From Octopus bimaculoides (Eukaryota), in contig NC_068983.1 of the NCBI RefSeq assembly GCF_001194135.2, forward strand, positions 131,785,011-131,849,010: DNA of 64,000 nt, read 5' to 3'. Below the pieces are notes generated by a model that made no database searches, was not told the DNA's origin, and saw nothing but the letters and a program-made list of their open reading frames with translations. The translations under genes were made by a program, and so were the position numbers. Positions within the stretch are counted from its first letter, which is position 1. The number at the start of each line of letters is the position of its first letter. This document shows, piece by piece, positions 49,640 through 62,912 of the stretch.

Positions 49640-50759
49640 AGTTTAATGGATATTTCCATGTTACATACGTTACGAGATGGAGAGATGGAAATAAAAATCC
49701 TAATAGAGTATTTACAGAGTAGCACAGGAAAACTACCAACGGCAATAAATAAAAATAAGTGATGCAGCGTGTAATAGGAGAAAAAGACAAGAATGAAATA
49801 CAAAGAGAGCACGTCAGACAATGTTGGCCAATTTTGGAGAGCCACTGAAGCCGTATGCGGAACAAAATTCTGGGCTTGGGTTAAAAAGGGGCAATTAAAA
49901 AAAGAGACATAACCTAATTGTAGCAGCCAAATATCAAGCAATAAAACATCTCGGGAAAAAAAAAATATATGGAGAGAATGTGTCAGAAAAATGTAGAGCC
50001 TGCGGGACTTGGAACGAGACAGTGACATACTTTGTGGGAGAATGGTCCAAGTTGAAACAGGAAGAATATTAGAGTATAAGAAATGGAGACACGACTAGGT
50101 AAAAATTTTACACTGGAAACAATGTCACAAATGGGGACTTGAAGCTGGAAACACATGGTACAATCACCGAGTGAAAAGAGTTTTGCAGTCAGAGAAATGT
50201 AAGGTTTTTGTGGGAGTTTTCTATTCAAACGGACAAGAAGTTAGAAAATAAGAGAGCGGACATAACTATTATAAATAAGGAAAAGCCAAGTTGGTTACTG
50301 ACCGACCCATCACGCCCGTTTGATTCCAGGACCGTAAAGAAACAGGACAAAACAAATCCCTTAAAATTTGAAATAGGAAGTAATGGTCGTTCTGATAAAA
50401 ATTGGGGCGTTGGGAACAGTAAGCCAAGATATATACAAGTGAGTGAAGGAGACCGGAATAGAACACCCAGTAGAGTTCCCAGAACAAGTTTGTCTCTTAG
50501 AGATATTACGGATTATCAGGAGGGTTCTAAGCACAAGAAATACAGCTGAAAATTGTGGATACCTAAATTTACAGGTACTAACCCGCTACACACATAAATC
50601 CTATCAAGAATAATAAGAGCACCATGTCACGCACATATGGTCGTGATGTATGTGCTTGGTGTACCCTTATCAGTCGGATATATATCCATAATGGATATAT
50701 TGCGCTTCGTATATTTGTACCCCACTGTTGCTTTGAGGGCATACGCCGTTCTATCATAC

Positions 50760-50798
<39 letters not shown>
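49640..50798 (+). mobile_element. R4/Dong-like non-LTR retrotransposon 3' part (zinc knuckle, restriction-like endonuclease, (AAT)n tail)
   Basis: KGQLKKET..LIVAA, KCRACGTWNETVT, LHWKQCHKWGL..WYNH, LWEFSIQTDKKLENKRADITIINK..TDPSRPFD, IGALG, then (AAT)n. Confidence 0.88.
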
Positions 50799-51298
50799 NN
50801 NNNNNNNNNNNNNNNNNNNNNNNNNNNNNNNNNNNNNNNNNNNNNNNNNNNNNNNNNNNNNNNNNNNNNNNNNNNNNNNNNNNNNNNNNNNNNNNNNNNN
50901 NNNNNNNNNNNNNNNNNNNNNNNNNNNNNNNNNNNNNNNNNNNNNNNNNNNNNNNNNNNNNNNNNNNNNNNNNNNNNNNNNNNNNNNNNNNNNNNNNNNN
51001 NNNNNNNNNNNNNNNNNNNNNNNNNNNNNNNNNNNNNNNNNNNNNNNNNNNNNNNNNNNNNNNNNNNNNNNNNNNNNNNNNNNNNNNNNNNNNNNNNNNN
51101 NNNNNNNNNNNNNNNNNNNNNNNNNNNNNNNNNNNNNNNNNNNNNNNNNNNNNNNNNNNNNNNNNNNNNNNNNNNNNNNNNNNNNNNNNNNNNNNNNNNN
51201 NNNNNNNNNNNNNNNNNNNNNNNNNNNNNNNNNNNNNNNNNNNNNNNNNNNNNNNNNNNNNNNNNNNNNNNNNNNNNNNNNNNNNNNNNNNNNNNNNN

Positions 51299-51352
<54 letters not shown>

Positions 51353-51380
51353 TATTATTATTATTATTATTATTATTATA
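51299..51380. repeat. (AAT)n(ATT)n inverted trinucleotide junction
   Basis: Read directly; the switch is at about 51350. Confidence 0.97.
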
Positions 51381-51569
51381 ACGATTCTGAAAAGGGAAAC
51401 GTTGCATCCAATTTTAGACGAATAATATGCCTTCCACTAATGTAGAAACTAATGTCAGCTGCTTTGGCCAGTGAACTGAGAAAAAAGTGGGTTCCTACCC
51501 CTTGAACAGAAAGGGTGCCGAAAAAGAAGTCGGAGAACGACGGATCAGCCCTTAGTTGATTAATCTAAT

Positions 51570-53800
51570 TATCACGAACTCTCATGTAACATTCCTTCCT
51601 CATCTTCTCTTTCATTCTTGCATGCTGAATGCCAGGGCTCTCATTTATTCCGAGGTACATTCATTGATACGAAATTCCATCTCGGTGTCATCACTGAATG
51701 CTTTCAAAGTACGTAATACACTTTCAACTTCATTATCGTCATTGTCATACAGTTTTAAGTCATCCATATAAAAGAGATGACTTATTTTCTTGTCGCCAAT
51801 ATTATACCCATACCCTTTTCTGTTAAGTTCACTTGTAAGGGTTTAGAAGTGAAAGTGAGTCATCCTGGAAATGCCGCAGTTATATTAATATTCCTTTTGG
51901 TGCAGTATTCCATTAGAGTGGTATAATTGGAGATTCGTATTACACACTGAAATGTGCTTCAGGAAGTTTGAAATCACAGTACAAATTTTGAAGATATCCA
52001 GCGATTTCAAGATCCATGAATGTGGTATTCTGTCGAAGGGACTTCTATTGTCAATTCATACGGGACTGAGATTTCTGCGTTTATTATGACAGTCCTCAAT
52101 GATCATGCGATTGACTATGCGTTGGTCTTTGCATCCATATTAGCATCGTCGGCGCCATTTCTGTTCAGTGGAGATAACATCCTTTTGTTCCGTAAATTTG
52201 CATGTTTTGTCCATGTGGATGGATGTTAACATTTTAACGCGGGAGATAGACATCCTATGGAATGATAGTTTTAGAGAAATTTGGTTTCATTACTCTTCGG
52301 GAGTAGATAGGCAATCTCACTTGCTAACAAATCAGGTTTCTTCTCAGCATCTCTCATAATTTCGTTGAATAACTGAACCAACTTTTTGTGTGCGTACGAA
52401 AGCAATGTGAGCCAGAAATTTGGTACCCTATCTTTACCAGAGGATTTCCACTTATGAGCCTTCGTAAGTATTATCCTTAGGTCTGCTGTTGTGATGTCCC
52501 ATGCTTGTTCTGGAAAAGATTAGTAGAATCCTTCTGGGCATCTAATTCAGTCTGCATTTTTATTGTATCTACTTTCATCACTCCAAATATTTTTCCAAAA
52601 GTTTTCAGCTTCTTCCAAGGGAGCAGGGCCTTCAATGGTTATATTCTCCTTCCCTAGTAATGCGTAAAATGTTTTCGGATTGGATATGAACAGCTTATAT
52701 TGCTTGTAAAACTTGTTTCTCGTCTCAAATCTTCGTATTTTTTGAGCTTTTGTTTGGACATTTTGTTGCAGTGTTTCCTTCATTGAAAGCCTTCCTTTTG
52801 GTGAGAACCTGTTTTCCCTTCATCTTTCCTCCTTTTCTGGATTTTAAATCGTTTTCACAAATAAACTCATTTAATATTGATATTTCACCTCTCAGTATTT
52901 CAATCTCTTTTTCAATTTTACTCTTGCAGTTTGGAATTCTTCTCAGGTTTGTATTTCTTTTTTTATTCAGAAGCATACAACTGGTTTCAGTTGTATTAGC
53001 AACCGCGTAAATAATTTCGTTTAACTGGGTGAGATCTGGCTTTAGTTCTAGTATAATTTCTTTTGTTAAATAGTTGACAATCTTAATTTGTTTTCTATTT
53101 TGGATTGCATTTGAGAGTTTATGAATTGTTTCTCTATCATACATATTAGCGTATCTTACAACTTCAAGCTTATTCAGGATTTTCTGCTTCAGTTCTATCA
53201 TAGACTCTATATGCTCTTCAGTAAAGGTGTAGTCTTCAAATATTGTTACTTCAACACTTACCTCGCTATGTTTATCAGGTTCATTACAATTTATTTCTTC
53301 AGACGTTTACGTGTTCTCGTCAGATGGTAGTCTGTCAATTAGAGACTCCCGGAGAGTTGTTCTCTTTCTCTGGTTTTTCATTTCCTTCCTGTCGTATATT
53401 TAGTTCAATTTCCGCTGCGTGCTTGATCGCGTTTATTCACTATCTGTGCGTCTTTTATTTCTGAAAATATCCCTCCTAACATTGCTAATTTATTTTCTTC
53501 CAAATATAGTCTGCTGTCTTGATTTCGTGTTGTCTATTTTTGATAAGAGTGTGTGGTATGTTTCTCTTCTGATGGCCTACCTAATGCATAGTAATATGCG
53601 TATATTACTTCTATATCCTCTTCTCGGGTTCCTTTGATCCTCTTACTTTTTTTCTTTCTGTGGTGGGAGTGATGGTGAAGCTGGAGGGCGGGAGCTGGAG
53701 CAGTTCCTGTTCAAATGACCATCAAGGTTCGTATACATAGATAAGAGTTTGTACAAGTGGATGACATTTCGACCCCAAACTGGCTCTCTCCTAGGGGACA
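51570..53800 (-). mobile_element. R4/Dong-like retrotransposon 5' part, N-terminus through RT domain 5-6
   Basis: NKLANVRRDIF, KAQKIRRFETRNKFYKQ..FWKNIWS, GCKDQ, IDN.SPFDRIPHSWILKSL, ISHLFYMDDLKLY. Confidence 0.9.
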
Positions 53801-54729
53801 CGCTTTCAGATTAATCATAGCACAAGCAATTTTATGAACTTTTGTAGTTTTCCTCTTTGTTTCGTAAAACATGTTTCTACTACATTAAAATCATTAGTAT
53901 TGAGTCCTGTGTGGCAGATGTAGAGTCGGTTGTTTTCTCTGCCACTTGTCAGCTTCACCATTAAATACCGTTACAATTATTTTAACCTTGCCATTACAGC
54001 ATTGTTCATCGCTAGTTACCACCAATAGTGCTTTTATCTGCATCGTTGTGGCTAACCTTTGTAGCCATGGCAACAATATAACCTTTATTTAGTTAAGCCT
54101 GCCATATTTGCTCCTACTACTGAGTGGTAGTATTAAATGTTGATTAGTTTCGACTTTTGTCTTGTGCTTGAGATGATCATAAATACGTGAGGATTGGAGG
54201 AAGAGAAGCAGCTTGGTGAATAGACAGCCAAATTCCACAAATCTGTAAATAGTTTCGGCAGATGGTGTGAAGGAGATCAACAATGGGGCTTCGCATTCCT
54301 GTGAGAACAAGCAACGAAGAAGTGTCGCAGCCTTGCGATCAACGGAGGTCAAATGTGTTTACTATTACAGCGATCACCGAGATCTCTGACCTTGAACTTG
54401 GGGAGAGCCAACTCATCTTGTTCTGCTTTAATTACTGTTATAAAAATAATGATATATACTGATATTTACACTGTTGAATTTTTTTTCATTTTATAGGTTT
54501 TGCTGTGGTTTACAGTGTTCGTAATTGTGCAGTTTGTATACATTGGCAGTTGCTTTCATTTTTATCTTGCGTATAATAGTGTTGTTACAATAAAAGTTAA
54601 ATTTTCATATTCGAGTAATGATAGAAAAAAAGAAAGATAAAATATTCACAGAAACTTTTTTAGATGTTAGAGTTTCAAAATTTCTAAAGATAATCGATTG
54701 TTTCCGACCAGACAAAACTGTAGATATCT

Positions 54730-54789
<60 letters not shown>

Positions 54790-54790
54790 A
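54730..54790. repeat. (TAG)n microsatellite
   Basis: Read directly. Confidence 0.98.
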
Positions 54791-54854
54791 AGCAGCATCA
54801 GCAACAGTAATAGTAGTTGAAGTATTAACAATTTTATTATCATTATCAAGGTTG

Positions 54855-54970
54855 CTAAAGGCACCAGCTGGCAGAATCGTTAGCATGCCGGACAAAACTG
54901 TTGGCGACAAATCTTCTTTTTTACGTTCTAAATTCACGAAATTTATTTCTTTTCTGCTGGCCTTGCACAC
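54855..54970 (+). mobile_element. SINE family B head, internally deleted
   Basis: AGCTGGCAGAATCGTTAGCATGCCGGACAAAA..TTTACGTTCTAAATTC. Confidence 0.65.
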
Positions 54971-55586
54971 AGTCCTTTTTCCACAGGGAGCGTAAAATGG
55001 TTCTAATTGCAATTATTTCACCACTCATTATCGAAATTGTAAAATAAAGAAGAAATAATTAAGCAACTATTGGACAATAAGTTGTATCAAATTAATGATA
55101 TAACATGGAAATACAAGTTACTAAAGTGAACTTCCAAAGAACGTTTGGCTTAATGTGGTAACTAATGCTCCTCGTACAAGTAGTCCAGAAACTTTGGTTG
55201 GAATAAATTCAACCGCAGTAATTCATTAATTCTTCATGTTACGATCTCTATAAAGTTGATCTCAGCAGGATTTGCATTCAGAAGGTGTCGATCCGAACAA
55301 ACACCATAATGCTTTAACGGTCGTGCTGATTCACAGCCTTTACTGTAGAAATAGGCTGCAATTTAAGGGAGAATTGACTGTTAATATTAGCAAGCTGATT
55401 TAGATGTAGATTACGTAAGCTGTGATATCTTTAATAGGTTGTATATGCCAAAAAGTAACGCACAAGTGTAGCCACTATGTATGACAGTGTAGAAGCTTCC
55501 ATCAGACGTATAATTATGGTTCGTATTGGGAGACCAAATGTAAGATAAACACCATTTGTAACATTTTTATGATTTCTGTAAAAGTA

Positions 55587-56508
55587 CAAGGGTACCGAAA
55601 AGTAACCGGAAACGTTTTCTGTGGGACAATCCTGTTGAAATTCAGGCTTCCGCCCCTAGAAGCCGATTGGTGCGACTCTCAGGCATCAGTCTTCCCACCG
55701 ACATCTGCAGATCAGGTTGTGCTGCGATGTAGTGTGTCTTTGTTTTGCAGTGAATCTCCCCTGTTCGTCGACTTTTGCGATAGCTGAAACGAAGGAACAA
55801 CGTGCCTCCGTGAAATTCTATTTTCTGCTGGGGAAGACGGCAGCCGAAATAGCTATCATGCTTCAAACAGCTTGCTACAAACAGCTTCAAACAGCTTGCT
55901 GTCATGAACAAAACACAAGTTTATGAGTGGTTTTCACGCTTTAGAAATGGTCACTTATCATTTGAGGACCAACCTCGTTCAGGGCGATCGTCTTCCTCCC
56001 GAACGAATGAAAACATCACGAAAATTCATGAACTGATCTGGGAGAATCGTCATCCAACAACTGACGAACTTTTTGATATGGCTGGCGTATACTGGAGCCC
56101 CTGCCAACATAATTTTGAGCGAGGATTTGCAAATGAAAAGAGTTGCAGCAAAATTTGTGCTTCGGCTGCTCACGGAAGACAAAGAGCAGTCACGAGAGAA
56201 TGCGTTTCGTGAACTAAACGAACACTTGGAAGTTGATCGGGACCTTTTCTCGAAGATCATCACTGGTGACGAAAGCTGGTACTACATAATTTGCAAATGT
56301 GGAAGAGGTGAAGAATAAAACGACGGAAGCGTTAAAAAGCATCACTTCGCAAGAGTTCCAGTGCTGCTTCGTACAGTGGGAAACGTGTCTGGACCAATGC
56401 ATAGCTTCAGATTGAGAATACTTTGAAGGCAATAGAAATATAAACATTTAAAACTAAATGAATAAAATATTATTGCAAACTTCCGGTTTCTTTTGGTTAC
56501 ACCCCTCG
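55587..56508 (+). mobile_element. Internally deleted mariner with both TIRs
   Basis: TA-CAAGGGTACCGAAAAGTAACCGGAA / TTCCGGTTTCTTTTGGTTACACCCCTCG. EQRASVKFYFLLGK, QVYEWFSRF..EDQPRSGR, AKFVLRLL, IITGDESWYY then jumps to FANVEEVK..EYFEGN. Confidence 0.92.
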
Positions 56509-57434
56509 CGTTGTATGATTTTCATATTTTGGACACGAAAATCAATAAATTCGAGGATATTTAAAGCACGAATATGCTTAATAATATTTCAAGAATTTCC
56601 CCAACTACAATTGTGAAAGTAAAGACTAGTAAATATTCCTCCAATACTCGATATAAAATGAAGCCAACAGGTAATTTGGCAAAGTTTTGGGAGTTAAGGT
56701 GTGCAAGTGGATATGTGTAACTCGTTAAACACGTTGAATTTTAACTGTTGAAAGTGAAAAGAAAGAGAAAAATATAGACATAATATAGACATAATGTTGA
56801 AAATACTTTTTGTGAGTGTAGAAGACTCCAAGCAATAAATAATCTGTTGGATATCCAATTATGGGATCCCTGTGGTTATTTGGATTATTTGACAAGTAAA
56901 GTGTTGAAGGAAAAGTCGTAAATACATAAAACATTGGAAATCATCTATATTTTAACAAAATAACTATAGTAATGCCAACAAAGGCTTAATAGAATAAACA
57001 AGTGAATATAAAGAACAAAACTAGGAATATAAAAGTTTACCCCATTAAAGAAAACAAATAGTAAGCTTCTCTTAGTTTTTCTGCCAATGGACATAAATCA
57101 TGCTGATTCTGCAACTAGATACAAACAGTTGATATACTTAGCCGTTAAAAAAAAAAACAATTAAGAAATCTGTTAATTTGAATACAAAACTTTATATCTT
57201 TTAATTTCATTGTCTACAGTTTGTATTAGAATTCCAATCATTTATATAAACAACATCTTAAATGTCACAATTCACGTCCAGCTATTGTTTTATAAGCATC
57301 AATTAAAGACTGGCCCCGGCAGTGAACAATATAATGTTCTTTCGAGAATGGAAACACACATTCATACATTCACAAACATGCCATCATACGCCCATACACA
57401 GACTCTCTCTCCCGCTCTCTCTCTCTCATGCACG

Positions 57435-57544
<110 letters not shown>

Positions 57545-58017
57545 GACTAGCACATACTTGTTTGTGGGTGGGAGTGCGTTTGCATTTCTATGTGGACGTA
57601 TGTGGGCAGGTATGATTGGGGTGGCACTGTCGTAAATATTCTGAACCGGATTCCTTTGTGAATCCACACAAAGGAATTTTAAATGTCAATAAATATTGAG
57701 TCTAGTTAGAGATGAAACCCTTCACATACTGGCGTAGCGTTATAATGATAAATACAGTAAGTTGCAGAAGAAAGAAACACCGATTTACTTACACAAATTC
57801 AGTTTATAATGCGTATACCAATGGGTCTGAATACACACATGCACACACACACGCACACACACACAGACATACACAAACACAAATTAAAATAGACACACAA
57901 ATATGTATGCATATATCTATGTATATATATCTATATATATATGTGTGTGTGTGTGTATGTGTGTGTGCATGTGCATAAATACACACGCATATATATATGT
58001 GAATGTATATATGTGTG

Positions 58018-58067
<50 letters not shown>

Positions 58068-59156
58068 TATACATGCATCTATATATATATATATATAAGC
58101 ATGTATATATATATGCATGTATGTANNNNNNNNNNNNNNNNNNNNNNNNNNNNNNNNNNNNNNNNNNNNNNNNNNNNNNNNNNNNNNNNNNNNNNNNNNN
58201 NNNNNNNNNNNNNNNNNNNNNNNNNNNNNNNNNNNNNNNNNNNNNNNNNNNNNNNNNNNNNNNNNNNNNNNNNNNNNNNNNNNNNNNNNNNNNNNNNNNN
58301 NNNNNNNNNNNNNNNNNNNNNNNNNNNNNNNNNNNNNNNNNNNNNNNNNNNNNNNNNNNNNNNNNNNNNNNNNNNNNNNNNNNATATATATATATATATA
58401 CATACATACACACACATACATAGATATATATTAAAATTTCCAATGGTTGACGATTAGCATCACGATTTGAAACTCGGAGTACCAAGGATTTAGAGTTAGA
58501 CTATTTTGATTCATATATGTAACTCACAATAAATGTGTCGAGTGCCCTTCTTTCGTTTCTCCACGTACTGGTATACACACGCACACTCAGTCACACAGAT
58601 ACACACACATCTATGTATCCTAATTAATTTAAAAACACCGTCCGGAGATACCATCTCTGGCGTTCTGTCCTTAAACATGAACCATAATGAACTTTAAACA
58701 TTCTTATTATTGTGTAGCCAGATGTAGGCAAATTCAAACGCAAAAAATGCTGGTAGGCATAGCAGGTGATTTGTGTTTTATCTGTCGATCAATGGCTGGA
58801 CAAGTGAAAATATTCTTTTAATATGTGTTTTGGAGAAAGGGGATCTTTTGAAGTGGGCGTCAAATGAAAAGAGACATGGACAGTTTTATGACTGAACTTC
58901 TTTTGAAGTTGGTGTGAGACGGATGAATTGATGTCTGTGCGTATGTGTGTGTGTGAGTGTATGTGTTTTTCGTGGGGTATGCGAGACAGAGAGAGTAATG
59001 TTGATGGTGTGTGTATATGAGAGAGAGAGAGAGAGTAAGAAAGGAAGATAGATAGATAGAGAGAGAGATAACTGAAATGTTCCATTCAGTTTTTGCAGTA
59101 AGTGAATGTGCGAGTGGTTGACAGAGAAAAACCGAGAGAGATAGGGAGAGAGTGAG

Positions 59157-59256
<100 letters not shown>

Positions 59257-60146
59257 TGGTTATGTATGTATGTATGAATGGCTTCAGTGACACACAATCA
59301 CATACACCCACGCACGAAGGTTGTTTTAATCGATTTCCTCGGTTACTATGGGGGCTAGGAACAAAATACAAATCGCGTTCCAATCTATGCACCCGTCTCC
59401 ACATGTGTGCCATGTTTCATGCGAATCCACCCAGTCGTTTAGCCGTGAACCTCGAGAAAGAAATAATACATGGTCAATTTATATTATATTTTNNNNNNNN
59501 NNNNNNNNNNNNNNNNNNNNNNNNNNNNNNNNNNNNNNNNNNNNNNNNNNNNNNNNNNNNNNNNNNNNNNNNNNNNNNNNNNNNNNNNNNNNNNNNNNNN
59601 NNNNNNNNNNNNNNNNNNNNNNNNNNNNNNNNNNNNNNNNNNNNNNNNNNNNNNNNNNNNNNNNNNNNNNNNNNNNNNNNNNNNNNNNNNNNNNNNNNNN
59701 NNNNNNNNNNNNNNNNNNNNNNNNNNNNNNNNNNNNNNNNNNNNNNNNNNNNNNNNNNNNNNNNNNNNNNNNNNNNNNNNNNNNNNNNNNNNNNNNNNNN
59801 NNNNNNNNNNNNNNNNNNNNNNNNNNNNNNNNNNNNNNNNNNNNNNNNNNNNNNNNNNNNNNNNNNNNNNNNNNNNNNNNNNNNNNNNNNNNNNNNNNNN
59901 NNNNNNNNNNNNNNNNNNNNNNNNNNNNNNNNNNNNNNNNNNNNNNNNNNNNNNNNNNNNNNNNNNNNNNNNNNNNNNNNNNNNNNNNNNNNNNNNNNNN
60001 NNNNNNNNNNNNNNNNNNNNNNNNNNNNNNNNNNNNNNNNNNNNNNNNNNNNNNNNNNNNNNNNNNNNNNNNNNNNNNNNNNNNNNNNNNNNNNNNNNNN
60101 NNNNNNNNNNNNNNNNNNNNNNNNNNNNNNNNNNNNNNNNNNNNNN

Positions 60147-60195
<49 letters not shown>

Positions 60196-60199
60196 AATA

Positions 60200-60422
60200 C
60201 AGTAATATCTCGGCTATCGCAGGTGTTACATTCCAAAATACCCCGCGATAGGAAAAACTACGCGGAGTACAAACAGTACTGTACTGCATATATATTTTTA
60301 TAATTCTTATAATTTGCATATATTCATTTTATCATAAATGCAAAACAACACCACGTATGAATCGACGTAAGCTTAAATAATAAACCACGATAGGTGAACC
60401 AAGATATGGCGAGGGTTTACTG
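60200..60422. mobile_element. Tigger/pogo-like MITE
   Basis: TA-CAGTAATATCTCGGCTATCG ... GATATGGCGAGGGTTTACTG-TA: imperfect TIRs with TA on both sides. The internal motif CC(G/A)CGATAGG appears twice. Confidence 0.75.
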
Positions 60423-60472
60423 TATGTATATACATATATAGATATGTATGTAGAAATGCATGTATATACATG

Positions 60473-60509
<37 letters not shown>

Positions 60510-60522
60510 NNNNNNNNNNNNN

Positions 60523-60582
<60 letters not shown>

Positions 60583-61049
60583 ATGTGTGTGTGTGTGTGT
60601 ATGTGTATACATACACACACGAGGCGTGCTGAATAGTTCTTGACTCTAAGTGTATACCGAAAGGCATGGCTGGAGGTCCAAACTTCTGAATTCTTTTACA
60701 GGGCTGAGATAAGCTGAAGGACGGCTAAAATAAATGTGTGTTTCTGAGAGGGGAATGTGTTAAATAAAATCATCATTAACCTATCCTTCTGTATCTTCTT
60801 TTACATAAAGCTAGGAATTTGTCACCACTCCCTCGTACATAGATGCGTGTGTGTCTGTATCAGTTTGTGTGTGTGTGTGTGTGTGTGTAGAGGAAGAGCG
60901 GTAGGGCATGATTTGAATGCATGCATTACACACAAATCAAAAATTGCAATGTCCGTGTCAGTTGCGATGAAACCATAAACAAAAGAAGAAAATCTGATCA
61001 ACAGAAAACAAACGATTTCAGATGTATATGAAGATATGGAAGGAAATTA

Positions 61050-62100
61050 ACCAATTGGAAGCCAATTTCAATTTCTATCCTTCCCGCTTAAAAATGGGGT
61101 GAATTTTATGGTATGACAGTAGGAAGCATGAATTTAAAGGCTTGCTCATTCTAATATCAAATCGTGTATTTTGAAAGGAGCCAAACCAACTTCTTTCTGT
61201 TGGCATATCTATAGCTTCATTGAGGAACTCTCCTATGGTAATTAAACATTTCTTGTACACGTAAAATCCTGCTATCAAACCGTTTCCAGTGGAACCAATA
61301 TAACGCATGGAGCTATTGCAAACATGGAATATCTATATACTACCACTTTGATCCAGCAATTGCCATTAAGAGGGCAGTCACAGTAGTCTATGTTTCCTGT
61401 CCATTCAATAAGTATTCAATATTGTCGGAGATAAATAAAAAGCCGAAGTTCTTAATGCAAAATTTTTGATTTTAGTGTGCTTCTGTGGAGAAATGTATAT
61501 CATTCATGCTCCCTTTAGAAAGATCAGGACGAAAATAAATACTCTATTTTTGATTAAACAACAAAATCTTGCCCTTGCTAGTTCAATGAAATATCCTGAC
61601 GTTATCCTTCGTTCCTCTAAGAATGCATCTGCTCAGAAGATACGCTGATTTTGAAGGCACCATTGTTGTAAGATGAAAACTGTGTCGGAGGCCGCCTTAA
61701 CCGCTCAGAAAGAGTGGAATCAGTTTCTTATATCGTGAACTATATTCTTAAGGATATATGGGGAGTAATTAGAATTCTTATTTATGTAGAAATGCTATTT
61801 ATTAAACTTGCAGTATGACTCAAAACTGCCAGATTTTTTTATGTAAAGTAACATTTGAGAAGTAGAGACTACTAAACTTCGTATTAAATATGTTTCTTCA
61901 ATCGAATAATCTAAGTTCATTCTTAAAGCTTATTGAATTTATTGTAGTTGAAATTAGAAATACCACCATCGTTGAGGAGGGCATTTGTTCAGTTAAAATC
62001 CGTATAGATGCACATTTCACCATGTGTAATTCTACTCCGTCAAACGTATACATAGACATAGATTTCTCTGTCTAATTTTCAATCTAATGAATGCTTTCTA
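61050..62100 (-). mobile_element. Third PLE lineage (Nematis/Naiad-like), decayed RT through GIY-YIG; may extend to about 62650
   Basis: TFDGVEL (GSFDGAE-like), FYINKNSNYSPYILKNI (YINxxSNHPPxI-like), KILLFN, CDCPLNGNC..VVVY, YIGSTGN, in colinear order. Confidence 0.65.
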
Positions 62101-62727
62101 AACGCTTTTACGACTCTTCTATGTTTATACATATATATGCCTGTATATACAGTCACATGCATTATGTCGGCATCCGAAACAAGCTATCAATGTAATTAAT
62201 CGCTTATTAATGTTTAGTTTATATCTTCCTTTCAACAATACGATTTCCGCTTTCTCTCTTTTGGTTTCTTTTTCTCTTACACAGTCTTTCACTCCAATTT
62301 TCACTGACGTAAATTTATTCATTTATTTGCTTTGCGAAAAATATTCATCGTTATTTCGGTTTGTTATAATTCAATTTTTAAAATTCTAAATTTCTGAAAC
62401 AACTTTTCTTTTAGAAACAATTATCATATTTACTACAATATATATATGCAAGTTGTATAATTCGGTTATCTTTAACTTTTACATCTTTATATTTTTTACG
62501 TCAATGTTTAATCGCATTACGAAACAGATTCCATTCATTCTAATAAGCCCCTGTTAAATCCGCTTTAAATGTTTAAGAAGTTATCAAGTTATTATTATTG
62601 CCACAGTTATAAGTATTAATAAATCGCTGATTACTTTCAAAAGTTCACTTCCGGCAGATGATCTGTTATGTGAAATTCCGAGTAAAATTTTGTGACGTTT
62701 ATCCGCTTCAGTAAAATAGAACATAGA

Positions 62728-62731
62728 TGTA

Positions 62732-62783
<52 letters not shown>
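62728..62783. repeat. (TCTA)n microsatellite
   Basis: Read directly. Confidence 0.97.
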
Positions 62784-62861
62784 AATTAATGCAATCAAGA
62801 TTTCACACCTCAAGAATCATTCTTTCATGGTCAGCCTATGAACTTTGCGGTTCACACTCGT

Positions 62862-62912
<51 letters not shown>

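Noticed and set aside
54089-54352. 87-aa minus-strand ORF in GC-richer unique DNA
   Set aside because: No recognisable motif or convincing splice sites; it may be an unidentified TE remnant.
59300-59490. Possible non-autonomous Helitron or MITE end
   Set aside because: It is truncated by a gap and has no second terminus, so it could not be classified.
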